A stretch of 64,000 nucleotides of DNA from Octopus sinensis (GCF_006345805.1 NC_043006.1:43028001-43092000), one strand, 5' to 3'; shown: positions 12,207-25,254, counted from the first letter of the stretch. Notes: generated by a model not told the origin, from the letters alone. Program-made: numbers and translations.

Positions 12207-12207
12207 A
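12060..12207 (+). mobile_element. SINE-like family C 3' part
   Basis: GCCAGATCAGATTGGAGCCTGGTGCAGCC...GGATGTTAAACGATGATG. Confidence 0.75.
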
Positions 12208-12289
12208 GTTCCTGACACTCTAAAGGAGGTAGGCCCACCTAGATAGTGAGTCCTAGATGGCTTCCTACCATTATTTAAATGCCATCTAT

Positions 12290-12730
12290 TGAGTCAAGTA
12301 AAATCAAAATCAAAATCAAAATCAAAATCAAATCAAATCAAATCGCTATCAAATAGGAATTGTAATTGTGGCCGATGCCAGTGCTACCTGACTTGCTCTC
12401 ATGCTGGTGGCACGCAATAATTACCATTCATGCGTAGGTCATTGCCAGTGCTGCCTGACTGGCTCCCCATGCCAGTGGCATGTAAAAAGCACCATTCAAA
12501 CATAGTCGACTGGCTCCTGTGCCGGTGGCACGTAAAAAGCTCCATCTGAATGTGGATGATGCCAGTTCCACCTGACTGGCTCCCCTGCTGGTGGTATGTA
12601 AAAAGCACATACTACACTCTAGGAGTGTTTGGCGTTAGGAAGGGCATCCAGCTGTAGAAACATTGCTAGATCAAATTGGAGCCTGGAAAACCATCCAACC
12701 CACACCAGCATGCAAAACGGACACCAAACA

Positions 12731-12763
<33 letters not shown>
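12290..12763 (+). mobile_element. SINE-like family C with four tandem internal modules
   Basis: (AATCAA)n, then four ...GGTGGCA(C/T)GTAAAAAGC... modules, body and (GAT)n. Confidence 0.8.
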
Positions 12764-12765
<2 letters not shown>

Positions 12766-12865
12766 ATATATATATATATACACACACACATATATATACA
12801 TATATACATACATATATATATATATACACATATATATATACATATATATATACGTATATATATAT

Positions 12866-12904
<39 letters not shown>

Positions 12905-13129
12905 ATGTATGTAAGCATGTATGTGTGTCTGTATCAAATAAGATGACAATCATTTTGGCACACTGATTCAAAATGTTTTGAAAGAATAATTGAAAAGCAA
13001 CTAAGTACTTACACAAGTACAGCTTCCTTCGTATCTGGAAAGTGTTGCCCTGTCCAAATAGATTGACAGCTTTAAAATTTGGCACTGTTTTAAGTTTTCT
13101 GAATTATTGGAAATATTGCTCTAAACAAA

Positions 13130-13550
13130 GGTGGCGAGCTGGCAGAAACATTAAAACACTGGGTGAAATGCTTAACAGCATTTCGTCTGTCTTCACGTTC
13201 TGAGTTCAAATTCTGGCGAGGTCAACTTTGCCTTTCATCCTTCCAGAATTGATAAATTAAGTACCACTTGCGTACTTGGGTTGATCTAATTGACTAGCCC
13301 CACACCCCAAAAATTTGGAACCTTGTGCCTAGAGTAGAAAAGAATATTTGTTTTGATATCAAGGTGGTGAAGTGGCAGAAATGTTAGCATGCCGGGCGAA
13401 ATGTTCTGAGTTCAAATTCCACCGAGGTCAACTTTGCCTTTCATCCTTTCATTGTCAATAAATTAAGTACCAGTTGTGTACTGGGGTCGATCTAATCGAC
13501 TGGCCCCCTTCGCAAAAATTTCAGGCCATGTGCCTAGAGAAGAAAAGTAT
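13130..13550 (+). mobile_element. Two tandem family B SINEs
   Basis: Two AAGGTGG(C/T)GA(G/A)(C/G)TGGCAGAAA heads with GCCTTTCATCCTT cores and GAAAAG tails. Confidence 0.8.
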
Positions 13551-13790
13551 ATTGCTCTAAACATTTACAGAATGAAACAAATCTATGGAATTATTGGGGA
13601 TCTTAGGTTCACAAATCATTTTTTCCCAAAAATTCTTTGGTGTATCTTAATAAGCAACAACAACCAATAAGTTTTCCATAAACAGCTCTATTTCTGTTAT
13701 TTGTGTATTTAGTTATGTCTGTCTCAGAATACATGTACAAGGTGGTATCAAACAGTTCCAGAACCACCTAGGTTTAATAAGAAATAACTT

Positions 13791-14027
13791 TGCAGTAAAG
13801 ATTGTTTGCCAACATAACATGGCAGTCCTGGTTTAGGACTAATGTTGCTGTAATTTAGCCCCAGGAGACATCGTCTCCAGCTGGCTATACGACGATGTCT
13901 CCTGGTGCTTAATTACAACAACATTAGTCCTAAACCAGGACTGCCATGTTATGTTGGCAAACAATCTTTACTACAAAGTACTGTTGCTGAATATCTCACA
14001 TTGTGAGATTTTAAAATAGTAATTTTC
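13791..14027 (+). mobile_element. Fold-back element with tail, copy 2 (near-perfect hairpin)
   Basis: Same family as 8451-8804 in opposite orientation; exact 12 bp TSD AAGAAATAACTT (13779-13790, 14028-14039). Confidence 0.85.
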
Positions 14028-14380
14028 AAGAAATAACTTATTTACCTAAATTTTAACATCATCTTCTTCGAAATAATCACCTTGCACAGCAATACACCAG
14101 TTCCAGCAATCCTGCCACTCTTGGAATCCAGCCTGGAAGTCATTTTCTGTATGTGATTTGAGGACCTTCTGTGATTCACTCTTAATCTTGACAATGTTGT
14201 TAGAATGGTAACCTTTCAGCTGCATTTTCATCTTGGGGAAGATATGGAAGTCCACTGATGTTAAATCTGGCAAATAGGGCAGGTGTGTGAGTTGTACCAT
14301 GTTGTTTTTTGGCAAGAAACTCACAAGTGAGGAGAGCTTCATGACAGGGTGCATTGTCATCATGAAAAATCCAATTCTTC

Positions 14381-14615
14381 ATATTTCTTTATTGCCCACA
14401 AGGGGCTAAACATAGAGGGGACAAACAAGGACAGACAAAGGGGTTAAGTCGATTATATCGACCCCAGTGCGTAATTGGTACTTAATTTATCGACCCCAAA
14501 AGGATGAAAGGCAAGGTTGACCTCGGCGGAATTTAAACTCAGAACGTAGCAGATGAAATACATCTAAGCATTTCGCCTGGCATGCTAACGATTCTGCCAC
14601 CTCACCGCCTTCTTC
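14381..14615 (-). mobile_element. Family B SINE inside mariner
   Basis: 14 bp TSD AAATCCAATTCTTC (14367-14380, 14616-14629). Confidence 0.9.
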
Positions 14616-15389
14616 AAATCCAATTCTTCGTGCTCCACCTATCTAGTCACTTCCACTGAATGTCCTCTCTCAAATGCTTCAAAACAGCACAGTAGAATTC
14701 TCAATTGACAGTCTGGCACTGGGGTAGGAATTCTCAATGCATAATGCCACATTTCCAAAGGTGACACTTGTGGCAGATCTTCCAGATTGCTCATCGTTTT
14801 CCAAGAACATTCTTCCACTTTTGAAACACCCGTGCCACTCAAAACATTGTGCATGACCCATTGCCTCATTACCATAAGCCTGTCGAAGAATGCTCAATGT
14901 CTATGCAGCAGACTTCTGAAGTTTAACACAAAATTTCACATTGGCTCTTTGTTCCTGTCCATGTCAAAATCGCAGATTACAGCATACACGTGATCACAAA
15001 CACACAAATTTCACAACTTGCAAAATAAACACAGTGATGTCACTGCCTCATGAGGATCACTTCCATCTGTCATTGTGCATGCAGCTGTGCACTGCCACTT
15101 GTTGGTGCGCTACAGAACAAGTCCAGGAACTTTGTGATACCACCTCATATATGTACAGATTGCTGAGCGGGTAAAGTGCACAGAGGTACTAGGTTCAATC
15201 CTTCAGCGTGTATTTCATTGAGTTTCTGGGTCAAACAATTTTCACTGTTGTTTCATTTAACTTAGGAATTATGAATAGGTACCAAATCAACATTTTATTT
15301 GGTGTTAAATTATATCCTCACCCATTTTCCTTTCAATGCCAACCTACCTGAGACTGTACCTAATATTTTATGTTTGTTTATATTCCAAG

Positions 15390-15615
15390 CTTAATAATGA
15401 TTTCAAATTTTTGCCACAAGGGCAGCTTGGGGGAAGGGATTAAGTTGATTATATCGATTCCAGTGTGTAACTGGTACTTATTTAATCGACCCTGAAAGAA
15501 TGAAAGGTAAAGTCGACCTTGGCAGAATTTGAACTCAGAATGTAGCAGCAGATGAAATTGCACTAAGCATTTCACCCAGTGTGCTAACAATTCTGACTTA
15601 ATAATAATAATAATA

Positions 15616-15657
<42 letters not shown>

Positions 15658-15880
15658 TTTCAAATTTTAGCATAAGGTCAGCAATTTTGAAGAGGGGGTA
15701 AGTTGGTTACATTGACCCCAGTTTATGACTGGTACTCATTTTTTCAGCTATGAAAGAATGAAAGGTAAAGTCAACTTTGGTGGAATTTTAACTCAGAACA
15801 TGAAGTTGGAAGAAATGCCGTTAAGCATTTTCCCTGGCACAGTCACGATGCTACCAGCTAATTGCCTTCCCAAGCTTAAT
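15390..15880 (-). mobile_element. Two family B SINEs separated by (AAT)n
   Basis: Family-B core motifs occur twice. Confidence 0.75.
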
Positions 15881-15904
15881 AATACCGAAGTTATCTTATT
15901 AAAT

Positions 15905-16325
15905 TCTTTAATAGGTACAGGCATGGCTGTGTGGGAAAAAAAGCTTACTTTGAGGCCAGGTAGTTTGAGTTCAGTCCCACTGCATGGCACCTTAGGCAAG
16001 TGTCTGTTATTATAGCTCCAAGCTTTCCAATGCCTTGTGAGTGAATTTGGTAGATGGAAACTGTATGGAAGCCCATCATATATAAATGCAAGTGAGTATG
16101 TGTGTCTGTATGTCTTTGTGTTTGTGCTTGCTCCTCACACCACCTTTTGAAAACTTGTGTTGGTTTGTTTATATTCCTATAAATAATCAGTTTGGTCAAA
16201 GAGACTGATTGAATGAGTAGCAGAATTTTTTTTTAAATAAGTACTGAGATCAATTTATTAGACTAAAGGGATCCTTTAAAATGGTGCTCCAGCTTGGCTG
16301 CAATCCATTGATTGAATCCTATCCT
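15905..16325 (+). mobile_element. SINE family A variant
   Basis: GGCATGGCTGTGTGG...GAGTTCAGTCCCACTGCATGGCACCTTAGGCAAGTG. Confidence 0.75.
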
Positions 16326-17085
16326 GCTCGCACTCAGTCGGTTACGACGATGAGGGTTCCAGTTGATCTGATCAATGGAACAGCCTGCTCATGAAATTAA
16401 CATGTAAGTGGCTGAGTACTCCACAGACATACTCTCTTTTGCTCTTTTACTTGTTTCAGTCATTTGACTGCAGCCATGCTGGAGCACTGCCTTTAGTTGA
16501 GAAATTCAACCCCAGGACTTATTCTTTGTAAGCCTAGTAGTTATTCTATCAGTCTCTTTTGCCAAACCACTAAGTTACGGGGACGTAAACACACCAGCAT
16601 CGGTTGTCAAGCGATGTTGGGGGAACAAACACAGACACACAAACATATACACACACATACATACATACATATATAAATATATACATATAGACGACGGGCT
16701 TCTTTCAGTTTCCGTCTACCAAATCCACTCAAAATGCTTTGGTCGACCCGAGGCTATAATAGAAGACACTTGCCAAAGGTGCTACACAGAAGGACTGAAC
16801 CCGGAACCATGTGGTTGGTAAGCAAGCTGCTTACCACACAGCCACTCCTGCGCCTATATGTGTATCCTTAACATAATTTTCAGGGAGATTCAGTGTAACA
16901 CAGAATGGAACAAAGCTGGCCCTTTGAATCACATGTACAACTCATTTTCACCAGCTGAGTAGAGTGGAGCAACGTGAAATAAAATTTCTCACTCAAGGAC
17001 ACACCGTGTTGCCGGTGCTGGGAATTGAACTCATGACCTTATGATCGTGAGCCAAATACCCTAACCACTAACCCATTCGCCTTTT
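16326..17085 (-). mobile_element. tRNA SINE family D split by a full-length family A SINE (16437-16858)
   Basis: D head at 16990-17085 and D tail hairpin at 16326-16436; intact A copy between them. Confidence 0.8.
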
Positions 17086-17730
17086 ATTTGACTGAATCAA
17101 GCAAAAGATATATAACATAAAAGAAAAGATGAAATTTTAAAACTGAAATTTGGTAACAAAAGGGTTAATTGGAAACTGGAACTAGCTTTTAAAATGCATG
17201 GTTATTCTCATGTTAGCAAAAGAGCCAGAAATTTTTAGTGAAATGGTATATTTAAAGACAGTTAAAATCATTAAATGTCTGCTAGCTTGCTTATTGAATC
17301 TATCCTAATTTTGAATTTAGATTGAAGAAGGAGAAAATAAATACAGTCAGCATTCAATCAGGTAAATCTGTAAAATTTACAAAAGAGAAGAAAATAAAAA
17401 AATAAAAAATAATAATAATAATAATAATCATTTCACATCCATCCCATTAATATGTCTGTCTAATAAGTCTGCATAATCTTCAGATTAAGATAACGACAGA
17501 AATCATACATATATATACACACACAGACACACACACACACAAACACACACACATATATATATATATATTTATGTATGTATTGTCATTGTCGTCGTCATCA
17601 TTGTCATTATCATTGACGTTGTCATCATCATCATCATCATCATCATCATTACAATCGTCCTCCTCCTCATCATCATCATCACCATCAACATTGTTGTTTA
17701 CCTTGTCATCATCATCATCATTGTCCTCAC

Positions 17731-18515
17731 CATCCTGCAATCAGACCTAGACACAATGCAGCAATGGATCACAGACTGGCAACTGAAACTGGCTGTGGAC
17801 AAGTGTACCACCATGCATTTTGGGAGAAAAAACCCTGCGTCCACATACACCCTCCACAACACTGATATCAAGAAATCCTCTTGCGAGCATGACCTAGGCA
17901 TCACTGTCAGCAGTGATTTGCGTTGGACAAATCATATCTCTAAAATTGTCAAGAAGGCATCACTCAGCAAGACTTTTGTTAGCCGCTCTCCAGCCATCTA
18001 TTTAAAACTGTATACAGCTATGGTATGACCACACTTGGAATTCACATCATCAGTTTGGAACCCCTATCTTGCTCAGAACATTGACCTCCTGGAATCTGTC
18101 CAGAGACGTGCAACCAAACGCATACCCTCCATCAGACACCTACCATATTCTGAGCGCCTTGTTTCCCTGGGCATGGATTCACTGAAGCTCCGGCATCTGG
18201 CGACGGACTTGGTAAGCAACCACAAAGTTATCAACCACCTCACCAACAACAACACTGAACACCTTTTTGATCTCCATGTGTCTAACACACGTGGACATGC
18301 CTACAAAGTCAGAAAACAACACAGCTCCCATGACTTTCGGAAACATTTTTTCACACTCAGACTTGCTGAAGCATGGAATAAACTGCCTGCGTCAGTTGTT
18401 GACTGCCATGACACTGCATCCTTTAAGGTCCTCATGTTTTCCGAAATCCGCCGAAACTACACCTGATTATATATACACTTTAGATGAGTTGTAGTGCACC
18501 TGAGCACTGTACACA

Positions 18516-18550
<35 letters not shown>
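17731..18550 (+). mobile_element. 5'-truncated CR1-clade LINE (RT C-terminus, 3' UTR, (TAT)n tail)
   Basis: LQSDLDTMQQW...DKCTTMHFGRKN...EHDLGITVSSDL...LESVQRRATKRI...NTRGHAYK...EAWNKLP; one in-frame stop at ~18026. Confidence 0.9.
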
Positions 18551-18553
<3 letters not shown>

Positions 18554-18564
18554 CGTTGTTATTG

Positions 18565-18597
<33 letters not shown>

Positions 18598-19002
18598 CCA
18601 CCACCATTATCATAACTGTCATCATCATCTTTGTCATTCTAACTTTAGTGTCCACTCCTTCATGCTTGCATGGAATGGATGGAGTTTATTGCGGCAGATT
18701 TTCTACAGCTGGATGTCCTTCCTGTTTCCAGGCTTCACCCGATTCTGTTATAAGAGGTAATGGTGTCAGTAAGACCTAAAGGTGTCAGGTAATGCTGAAT
18801 AAGTGCTATGGATAGACCATAGTTAAGTTCCAGATTCGGTGATTATGTGAATAAGGGGTCCAACTTAGGTCATATATCAGCATGTGTATATACAAAAAAG
18901 ATTTTTTTTCCGTAATGAGATAAAAAACCAAGGCAAAGATCTACACTGCCTTGGTTTTTTTTTTATCTCATTACAAAAAAAATTTTTTTATATATATATA
19001 AA

Positions 19003-19290
19003 AGCACTCACTACACTCTCGGAGTGGTTGGCGTTAGGAAGGGCATCCAGCTGTAGAAACTCTGCCAGATCAGATTGGAGCCTGGTGCAGCAATCCTCAG
19101 TCAAATCGTCCAACCCATGCTAGCATAGAAAGCAGACGTTAAACGATGATACTCTTTTACTCTTTTACTTGTTTCAGTCATTTGACTGTGGCCATGCTGG
19201 AGCACCGCCTTTAATCAAGCAAATCGACCCCAGGACTTATTCTTTGTAAGCCCAGTACTTATTCTATCGGTCTCTTTTGCCGAACCGCTA
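19003..19290. mobile_element. Family C 3' part (+) joined tail-to-tail to family A 3' part (-)
   Basis: GACGTTAAACGATGAT directly followed by ACTCTTTTACTCTTTTACTTG. Confidence 0.75.
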
Positions 19291-19702
19291 AGGATGATGA
19301 TATATATATATTTATTTTTATATACACATGTGTGTGAACATCTGTGTATTTACATGTATGTGTATTTGTGTGAGTGGGGTGTGTGTATATATGTATATAT
19401 ATATATATGGTGAGAAAGAGCAAAAGAGATTTATGTGCAGAATTTGGCCACAGGTTGCATAGGCGTTCATTTAATTCTACAACTTCTTATCCACTGTGTA
19501 TAGATTCTGCTACACACAGCTGAAATAGCAATAAAATTTCACTTATGAATGTATGAAATTCATGCCTTTGGTTCTTGTCAATGTATTATTAGTAAACCAT
19601 CCCATACTTCAGCTAAATTTAATTTATTGATTATTTTTAAAACTCCTATGAAAATTAACCCCTACTGCAATGTTTATAAGAGTATTTATATATAGCTAAT
19701 AT

Positions 19703-19735
<33 letters not shown>

Positions 19736-19804
19736 GTGTGTATGTATATATATATATATATATTATATATATATATACCTAATATATATATATATATATG
19801 GTGT

Positions 19805-19846
<42 letters not shown>

Positions 19847-20032
19847 TCTATATATTTATATGTGTGTTATATATATATGTATATATGTATATGTGGGTGT
19901 GTGTGTTATATATATATAGACTTATGACACTTTTGCATAATAACAATGACATATATATATACATATGGCATAGTGATTAAGAGTATGGGCTACTAACTCC
20001 AAGACTCTGAGTTCAATCCCAGGCAGTGACCA

Positions 20033-20064
<32 letters not shown>

Positions 20065-20084
20065 TGATGATGATAATAATAATA

Positions 20085-20126
<42 letters not shown>

Positions 20127-20149
20127 CAACAACAACAACAACAACAAAA

Positions 20150-20270
20150 ACATCGAAAAATACCTTAGGAATGAGAACCCAGGTTTGAAAATTTCCCCCA
20201 TGAAACCAAAATGTATTAACAACAAACAAGATGAAGACAAATATCTGTCAAACGTAGATAATGTAAATAA
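20150..20270 (-). repeat. Sister copy of the 9648 insertion family
   Basis: 20210-20270 is the reverse complement of 9650-9707. Confidence 0.75.
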
Positions 20271-20316
20271 ACAATGATATATATGTTATATACGTATATG
20301 TATGTGTGTGCTCATG

Positions 20317-20357
<41 letters not shown>

Positions 20358-20359
<2 letters not shown>

Positions 20360-20620
20360 ATTGAGTCAAGTACATAAACATCGAAATAAATATCAAATGG
20401 AAATAGTAGTTGTGATACATGTGCCGGTGGCATGTAAAAAACACCCACTACACTCACGGAGTGGTTGGCGTTAGGAAGGGCATCCAGCTGTAGAAACACT
20501 TCCAGATCAGACTGGAGCCTGGTGCAGCTTCCTGGCTTCCCAGATCCCGATCGAACCATTGAACCATGCTAGCACGGAAAACGGACATTAAACGATGATG
20601 ATGATCATCATCATCATGAT
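20358..20620 (+). mobile_element. SINE-like family C
   Basis: CCTATTGAGTCAAGTAC head, one module, body and (GAT)n. Confidence 0.8.
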
Positions 20621-21119
20621 ATATATATATACATATATATATATATTGGCCTATTCGCTTAGCCAGCGAAGTGTTATCATTTGAAGACTAAAACAATGTG
20701 AAGCCCATTGTGACCAGCAATGTGTAGCAGCATCTGATAGCCTGGTCGGTCACGGTGATCACGGTGATATATATATATATATATAATTGTTAAACAGGAC
20801 AGCAAACATTAAGGTAAGGCAAGCATCTCAAGTTGTATACATTATTATTATAGGAAGAAATTCAAAATTTTACAGTTGTTTCTGGGATATCCCCGAGTAT
20901 GGGATATTCCGTCATCAGAGAGAAATAGGGAAAATGAGAATGGTATATGTTAATGAGATGATGACATAGAGGAAGGGTGTAAAAGAATAAGGAGATGGAA
21001 AGCGAGAAGAAAAAAGAAGCATAAAAGTTCATAGTTCAACGTCCCGAAGTTATAGAAAGTTGAACTATTAACCTTTATGCTTCACTTTAATTCTTTCTTT
21101 CCATAACTACCATCTCAGC

Positions 21120-21420
21120 TATAAACCAGGAGACTGCACCAGGCTCCATTCTGATCTGGCAAAAGTTTCTACAGCTGGATGCCCTTCCTAATGCCAACCA
21201 CTCCGAGAGTGTAGTAAATGCTTCTTAAATGCCAGTCAGGCAGTACTGGCATCAACTACGTTGGAATGGTGCTTTTTACATGCCACAGGAGTGGGAGCCA
21301 GTCAGGCAGCACTGGCATCAACCAGCTCAAATGGTGCATTTTACATGCTACCAACATGGCGGTACTGGCATCGGCCACAACAATGACTTCACTCGACTCA
21401 AAAGGTTTTTGCAAGCACAG
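21120..21420 (-). mobile_element. SINE-like family C with modules
   Basis: Reverse complement of family C body. Confidence 0.75.
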
Positions 21421-21469
21421 TTTATTGTCCAATAATTGAGGGGTACTCTTAAATGGGCTGGTTATGCTG

Positions 21470-21506
<37 letters not shown>

Positions 21507-22071
21507 AGCACATGCACACGCACACACACACACAGAGAAACATTATTATTGATGCTATCATCATCACTACCACCAACACCATCATCAACATCATCATCAC
21601 TATCAGCATCATCATTGTACCATCCACTTTTTTATATTTGCCTGGGCCAGATGGAATCTGTTGAGGCAGACTTTCTAAGGCTGGATGCCTTTCCTGTCAC
21701 CACCCTTCGCCTGTTTCCAAATGTGGTAATAATCTTTTAAGCCTATCAAACAATGAAACAGCCCAGACATGGTCAGAGGTTTGAGGCCTGTTTTGCTTAC
21801 AGAGGTCACACAACTTGTAATGACATAGCTAAGAAGCCAGTACATGTTTTCACTGTCGACTGCTTGCACGAGACCAGCCTGTATTGATAGTAAGGTCGCT
21901 GTTTTGTGTATAGTCAACAAACACTCAGATGTAAAGTCAAGGAGAAAATATGAAATCACTCCCACAAACATAGGCATGCACATGGATACAAACAAATACA
22001 AATACACACACAAGCAAGCATGCATATACACACACACACACACACACACACATACATGCAGTGATTAGTAA

Positions 22072-23242
22072 AATTGCTATGCTATTATCAGCTACTCACT
22101 GTGTTTTATCACGGAAAATATATCTTGTTTGTTGACAAAGGGTGTATATATACTTCTGATCAGCTCACAGCACTGTCTACCCAGACAGTGAGACGCAAGC
22201 ATTTTGGAGTAGTTTATTCAGACTGATAATAATATTGCAATTTTAAGGCAGCAAGCTGGCAGAAATGTTCGCACGCTGGGTGAAATGCTTAGCAGTATTT
22301 CATCTGTCTTTACATTCTGAGTTCAAATTTCACTGAGGTCGACTTTGCTTTTCATCCTTTCAGGGTCAAAAAATTAAGTGCCATTTGCATACTGGGGTCG
22401 ATCTAATTGACTGGCCACCCTCCCCAAAAATTTTGGGCCTTGTACCTAGAGAAGAAAAGAATATTTAAAGGCAGCAAGCTGGCTGAAATGCTTAGTGCAA
22501 TTTCATCTGTCTACATGTTCTGAGTTCAAATTCTGCCAAGGTCAACTTTGTCTTTTCTCCTTTTGGGGTTGATAAATTAGGTACCAGTTGCATGCTGGTG
22601 TTGATCTAATCGACTGGTCTCTCCCCAAAAATTTCAGGCCTTGTGCTTAAAGTAGAAAAGATTATTAAGTCAGGCGGCAAGCTGGCAGAATCATTAGCAC
22701 ACCAGGTGAAATACTTAGCAGTATTTCATCTGTCTCTATGTGCTGAGTTCAAATTCTACCACGGTCAACTTTACCTTGCATCCTTTGAGGGTAGATAAAT
22801 TACATACCAGTTGCATACTGGGGTCGATCTAATAGCCTGGCCCCTCCCCCAAAATTTTAGGCCTTGTGACTATCGTAGAATTGAATAACATTGCAATTTT
22901 ACTTATCACTGCTTGGTGCTCCACCCTCCATAATTTACTTATGGTGAGCTGCCACACAGCACTGACCAGTCACCGCATAGCAATTGGAAAAGCATAAGAG
23001 AATTAGTTTCTTCAATCAGTTCACAATGCCACCTGCCTGGTGACCATGACCAAAGAGGAGATAACTACTCCAAAATGCTTGCATCTCACAGCTGGATAGG
23101 CAGTGCTGTGAGCTGATATTGTTGCATACACACCATTTATCAACAAGCAGGAGATATTTTCCTTGGCAAAACACAGTGAGTAGCTGGTTCCCTGATTCGA
23201 ACATACCTCAAGCATATTTGGACCAATAATAACATTGCAATA
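22072..23242. repeat. Old inverted-repeat element (arms ~22088-22218 / 23058-23188)
   Basis: ~130 bp arms alignable by eye with many substitutions. Confidence 0.65.
22246..22883 (+). mobile_element. Trimer of family B SINEs
   Basis: Three heads at ~22246, ~22467 and ~22672; flanked by AATAA(T/C)ATTGCAATTTTA direct repeats. Confidence 0.8.
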
Positions 23243-24030
23243 AAATGGAAATTGTAGTTAGGATATCCATGCCAGTGGCATGTAAAAGACACCATCCGAA
23301 CGTGGCCAATGCCAGTGCCACCTTGACTTGTGTCCATGCCAGTGGCATGTAAAAAGCACCAACTGGTCGTAGATGTTGCCAGCCTCCTCTGGCCCCTGTG
23401 CCGGTGGCACGTAAAAAGCACCCACTACACTCACAGAGTAGTTGGTGTTAGGAAGGGCATCCAGCTGTAGAAACACTGCCAGATCAGACTGGAGCCTGGT
23501 GTAGCTTCCTGGCTTCCCAGACTCCAGTCGAACCGTCCAACCTATGCTAGCATGGAAAACAGACGTTAAACGAGGATGATGATGATAATGATGATATATA
23601 TATAATTAATAAAAAAATGGAGGAAAAACACAAGAAAAAACAATAATGCGTGTGTATTGTACATGCAAAGTATTAATAAGACATTCAGGGAAGGAAAGAA
23701 AGGGGGTTTTACATTTCAAGCAATGCTCTTCTTCAGAAATAGGAGACAGAGGAAAGTCCAAAAGAAAAGGAAGGAAAGGAAGCAAAATCGTAGTCGTGGT
23801 TGATGTCAGTGCTGTTTGACTGGCACCTGTGCTGGTAGCACCATTCAAGCATGGTCGATGCCAGAGCCACCGACTGGCCTCATGCCAGTGGCACATAAAA
23901 AGCACCCACTACACTCTCAGAGTGGTTGGCATTAGGAAGGTCATCCATCAGTAGAAACCTTGCCAGATCAGATTGGAGTCAGGTACAGCCTCCTGGCTTG
24001 CCAATCCTCAGTCAAACTGTCCAACCCATG
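23240..24030 (+). mobile_element. Two family C copies
   Basis: Modules and body at 23240-23600 and 23770-24030. Confidence 0.75.
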
Positions 24031-24049
24031 TAAATGTTTGTTTCAGAAA

Positions 24050-25148
24050 ATAATAATGGCAGACCCATAGCTTAATCAAGAAATGAAGAGGCATGCTGTT
24101 TTTGTGGTTATAAAGCCTGAGCATAGCAATTTTGAAATATCTCGATTTTTAAAAGTTGCCAGATGTTTCATTTACAAAGTTTGTAAAGAGCTAGAGACTG
24201 AAGATGGAAACTTATCATCAATACCAAAGCATAAAAAGCATTCTAAATAATCAGAACACCTGAATTTATCCAACAAATTCAATAGACCATTAATTACAAT
24301 CCCAGAAAGTCCATGAGTTCAATTGTAAAAGATCTCCATGTGTCAGAAGGAACAGTCAGAAATTTTGTCAACGAAGACATCTGATATAAGTTTTATATGA
24401 TGAGGAAAGGTCAATTTGTCAGAAAAAGCAAGAGAAAATCACTACATCAGATCTAAAAGGCACTTAAAAACAAACTGAAAAATCCAGCAGAAGATTTGAT
24501 TTAGTTTTTCTCAAATGAGAAAAAGTTCCACAAAGATCAAAAAGTTAACAGAAGAAATGACAGATGGTTATGTGCAGTTCCAAGTCTTATGCATACAAAA
24601 TTTCCTGCAACTTTCATGGTTTTAGGGATTGTCAGCAATGAAGGACATGTGATGCCTCTTTACTTCTTTCCATAAGGCCTTAGAGTTAACTCTGCTGCCT
24701 ACATTGAGGTCCTGGAAATAATTGTTAAGCCCTGGATAGACAGTGTATGCAATGGAAGGCCATATGTGTTTTAGTAAGACTCTGTACTATCACACATGGC
24801 TCTACTAAACCAGGAATGGATGACTGAAAATTTTTATGATCACATAATCCCTAACATTGACTATTACATGTGGAGTGTTGTTGAGAGAGAGGTCAATGGA
24901 CATGCCCATAACACCAAATATTCTTTGAAAGCTGCAATAGTCAGAGTAATGTCCAAAATGACCTAGGACCACTTGATTCAAGCATGTAGATGATTTAGAT
25001 CTCATATGGAAGCAGTTGTTGAAGCTGAAGGTGGCTTTATTGAATAACATTATAGAAAAGAAGGTTCTATAATGATAAATTAAGTTATTATCTGTTATTA
25101 ATATCTGTTTTTTTATAAACATAAATCTGTCCTCAAATATCTTATGCA
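24050..25148 (+). pseudogene. Decayed maT (DD37D-like) transposon, nearly full-length transposase
   Basis: Frameshifted KFPATFMVLGIVSNEGHVMP, VKPWIDSVCNGRPYVF, DYYMWSVVEREVN, MEAVVEAEGGFIE*; TIR-like end ATCTTATGCACCCT. Confidence 0.8.
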
Positions 25149-25150
25149 CC

Positions 25151-25191
<41 letters not shown>

Positions 25192-25254
25192 CATGCATGC
25201 ACACACATACATACATACATACACATACATACATACATACATACATACATACAT

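Larger units (their letters stand above)
13738..15147 (-). mobile_element. Mariner (DD34D-type) element, internally deleted, with two nested insertions
   Basis: TA TSDs; ~27 bp TIRs (CAAGGTGGTATCAAACAGTTCC / TGAGGTGGTATCACAAAGTTCC); remnants LRQAYGNEAMGHAQCFEWH, NWIFHDDNAPCH, PYLPDLTSVDFHIFPKMK. Confidence 0.9.

Noticed and set aside
12380-12620. CRISPR-like repeat-spacer array
   Set aside because: The intervening segments are homologous to each other, it lies within a dispersed eukaryotic retroposon, and there are no cas genes.
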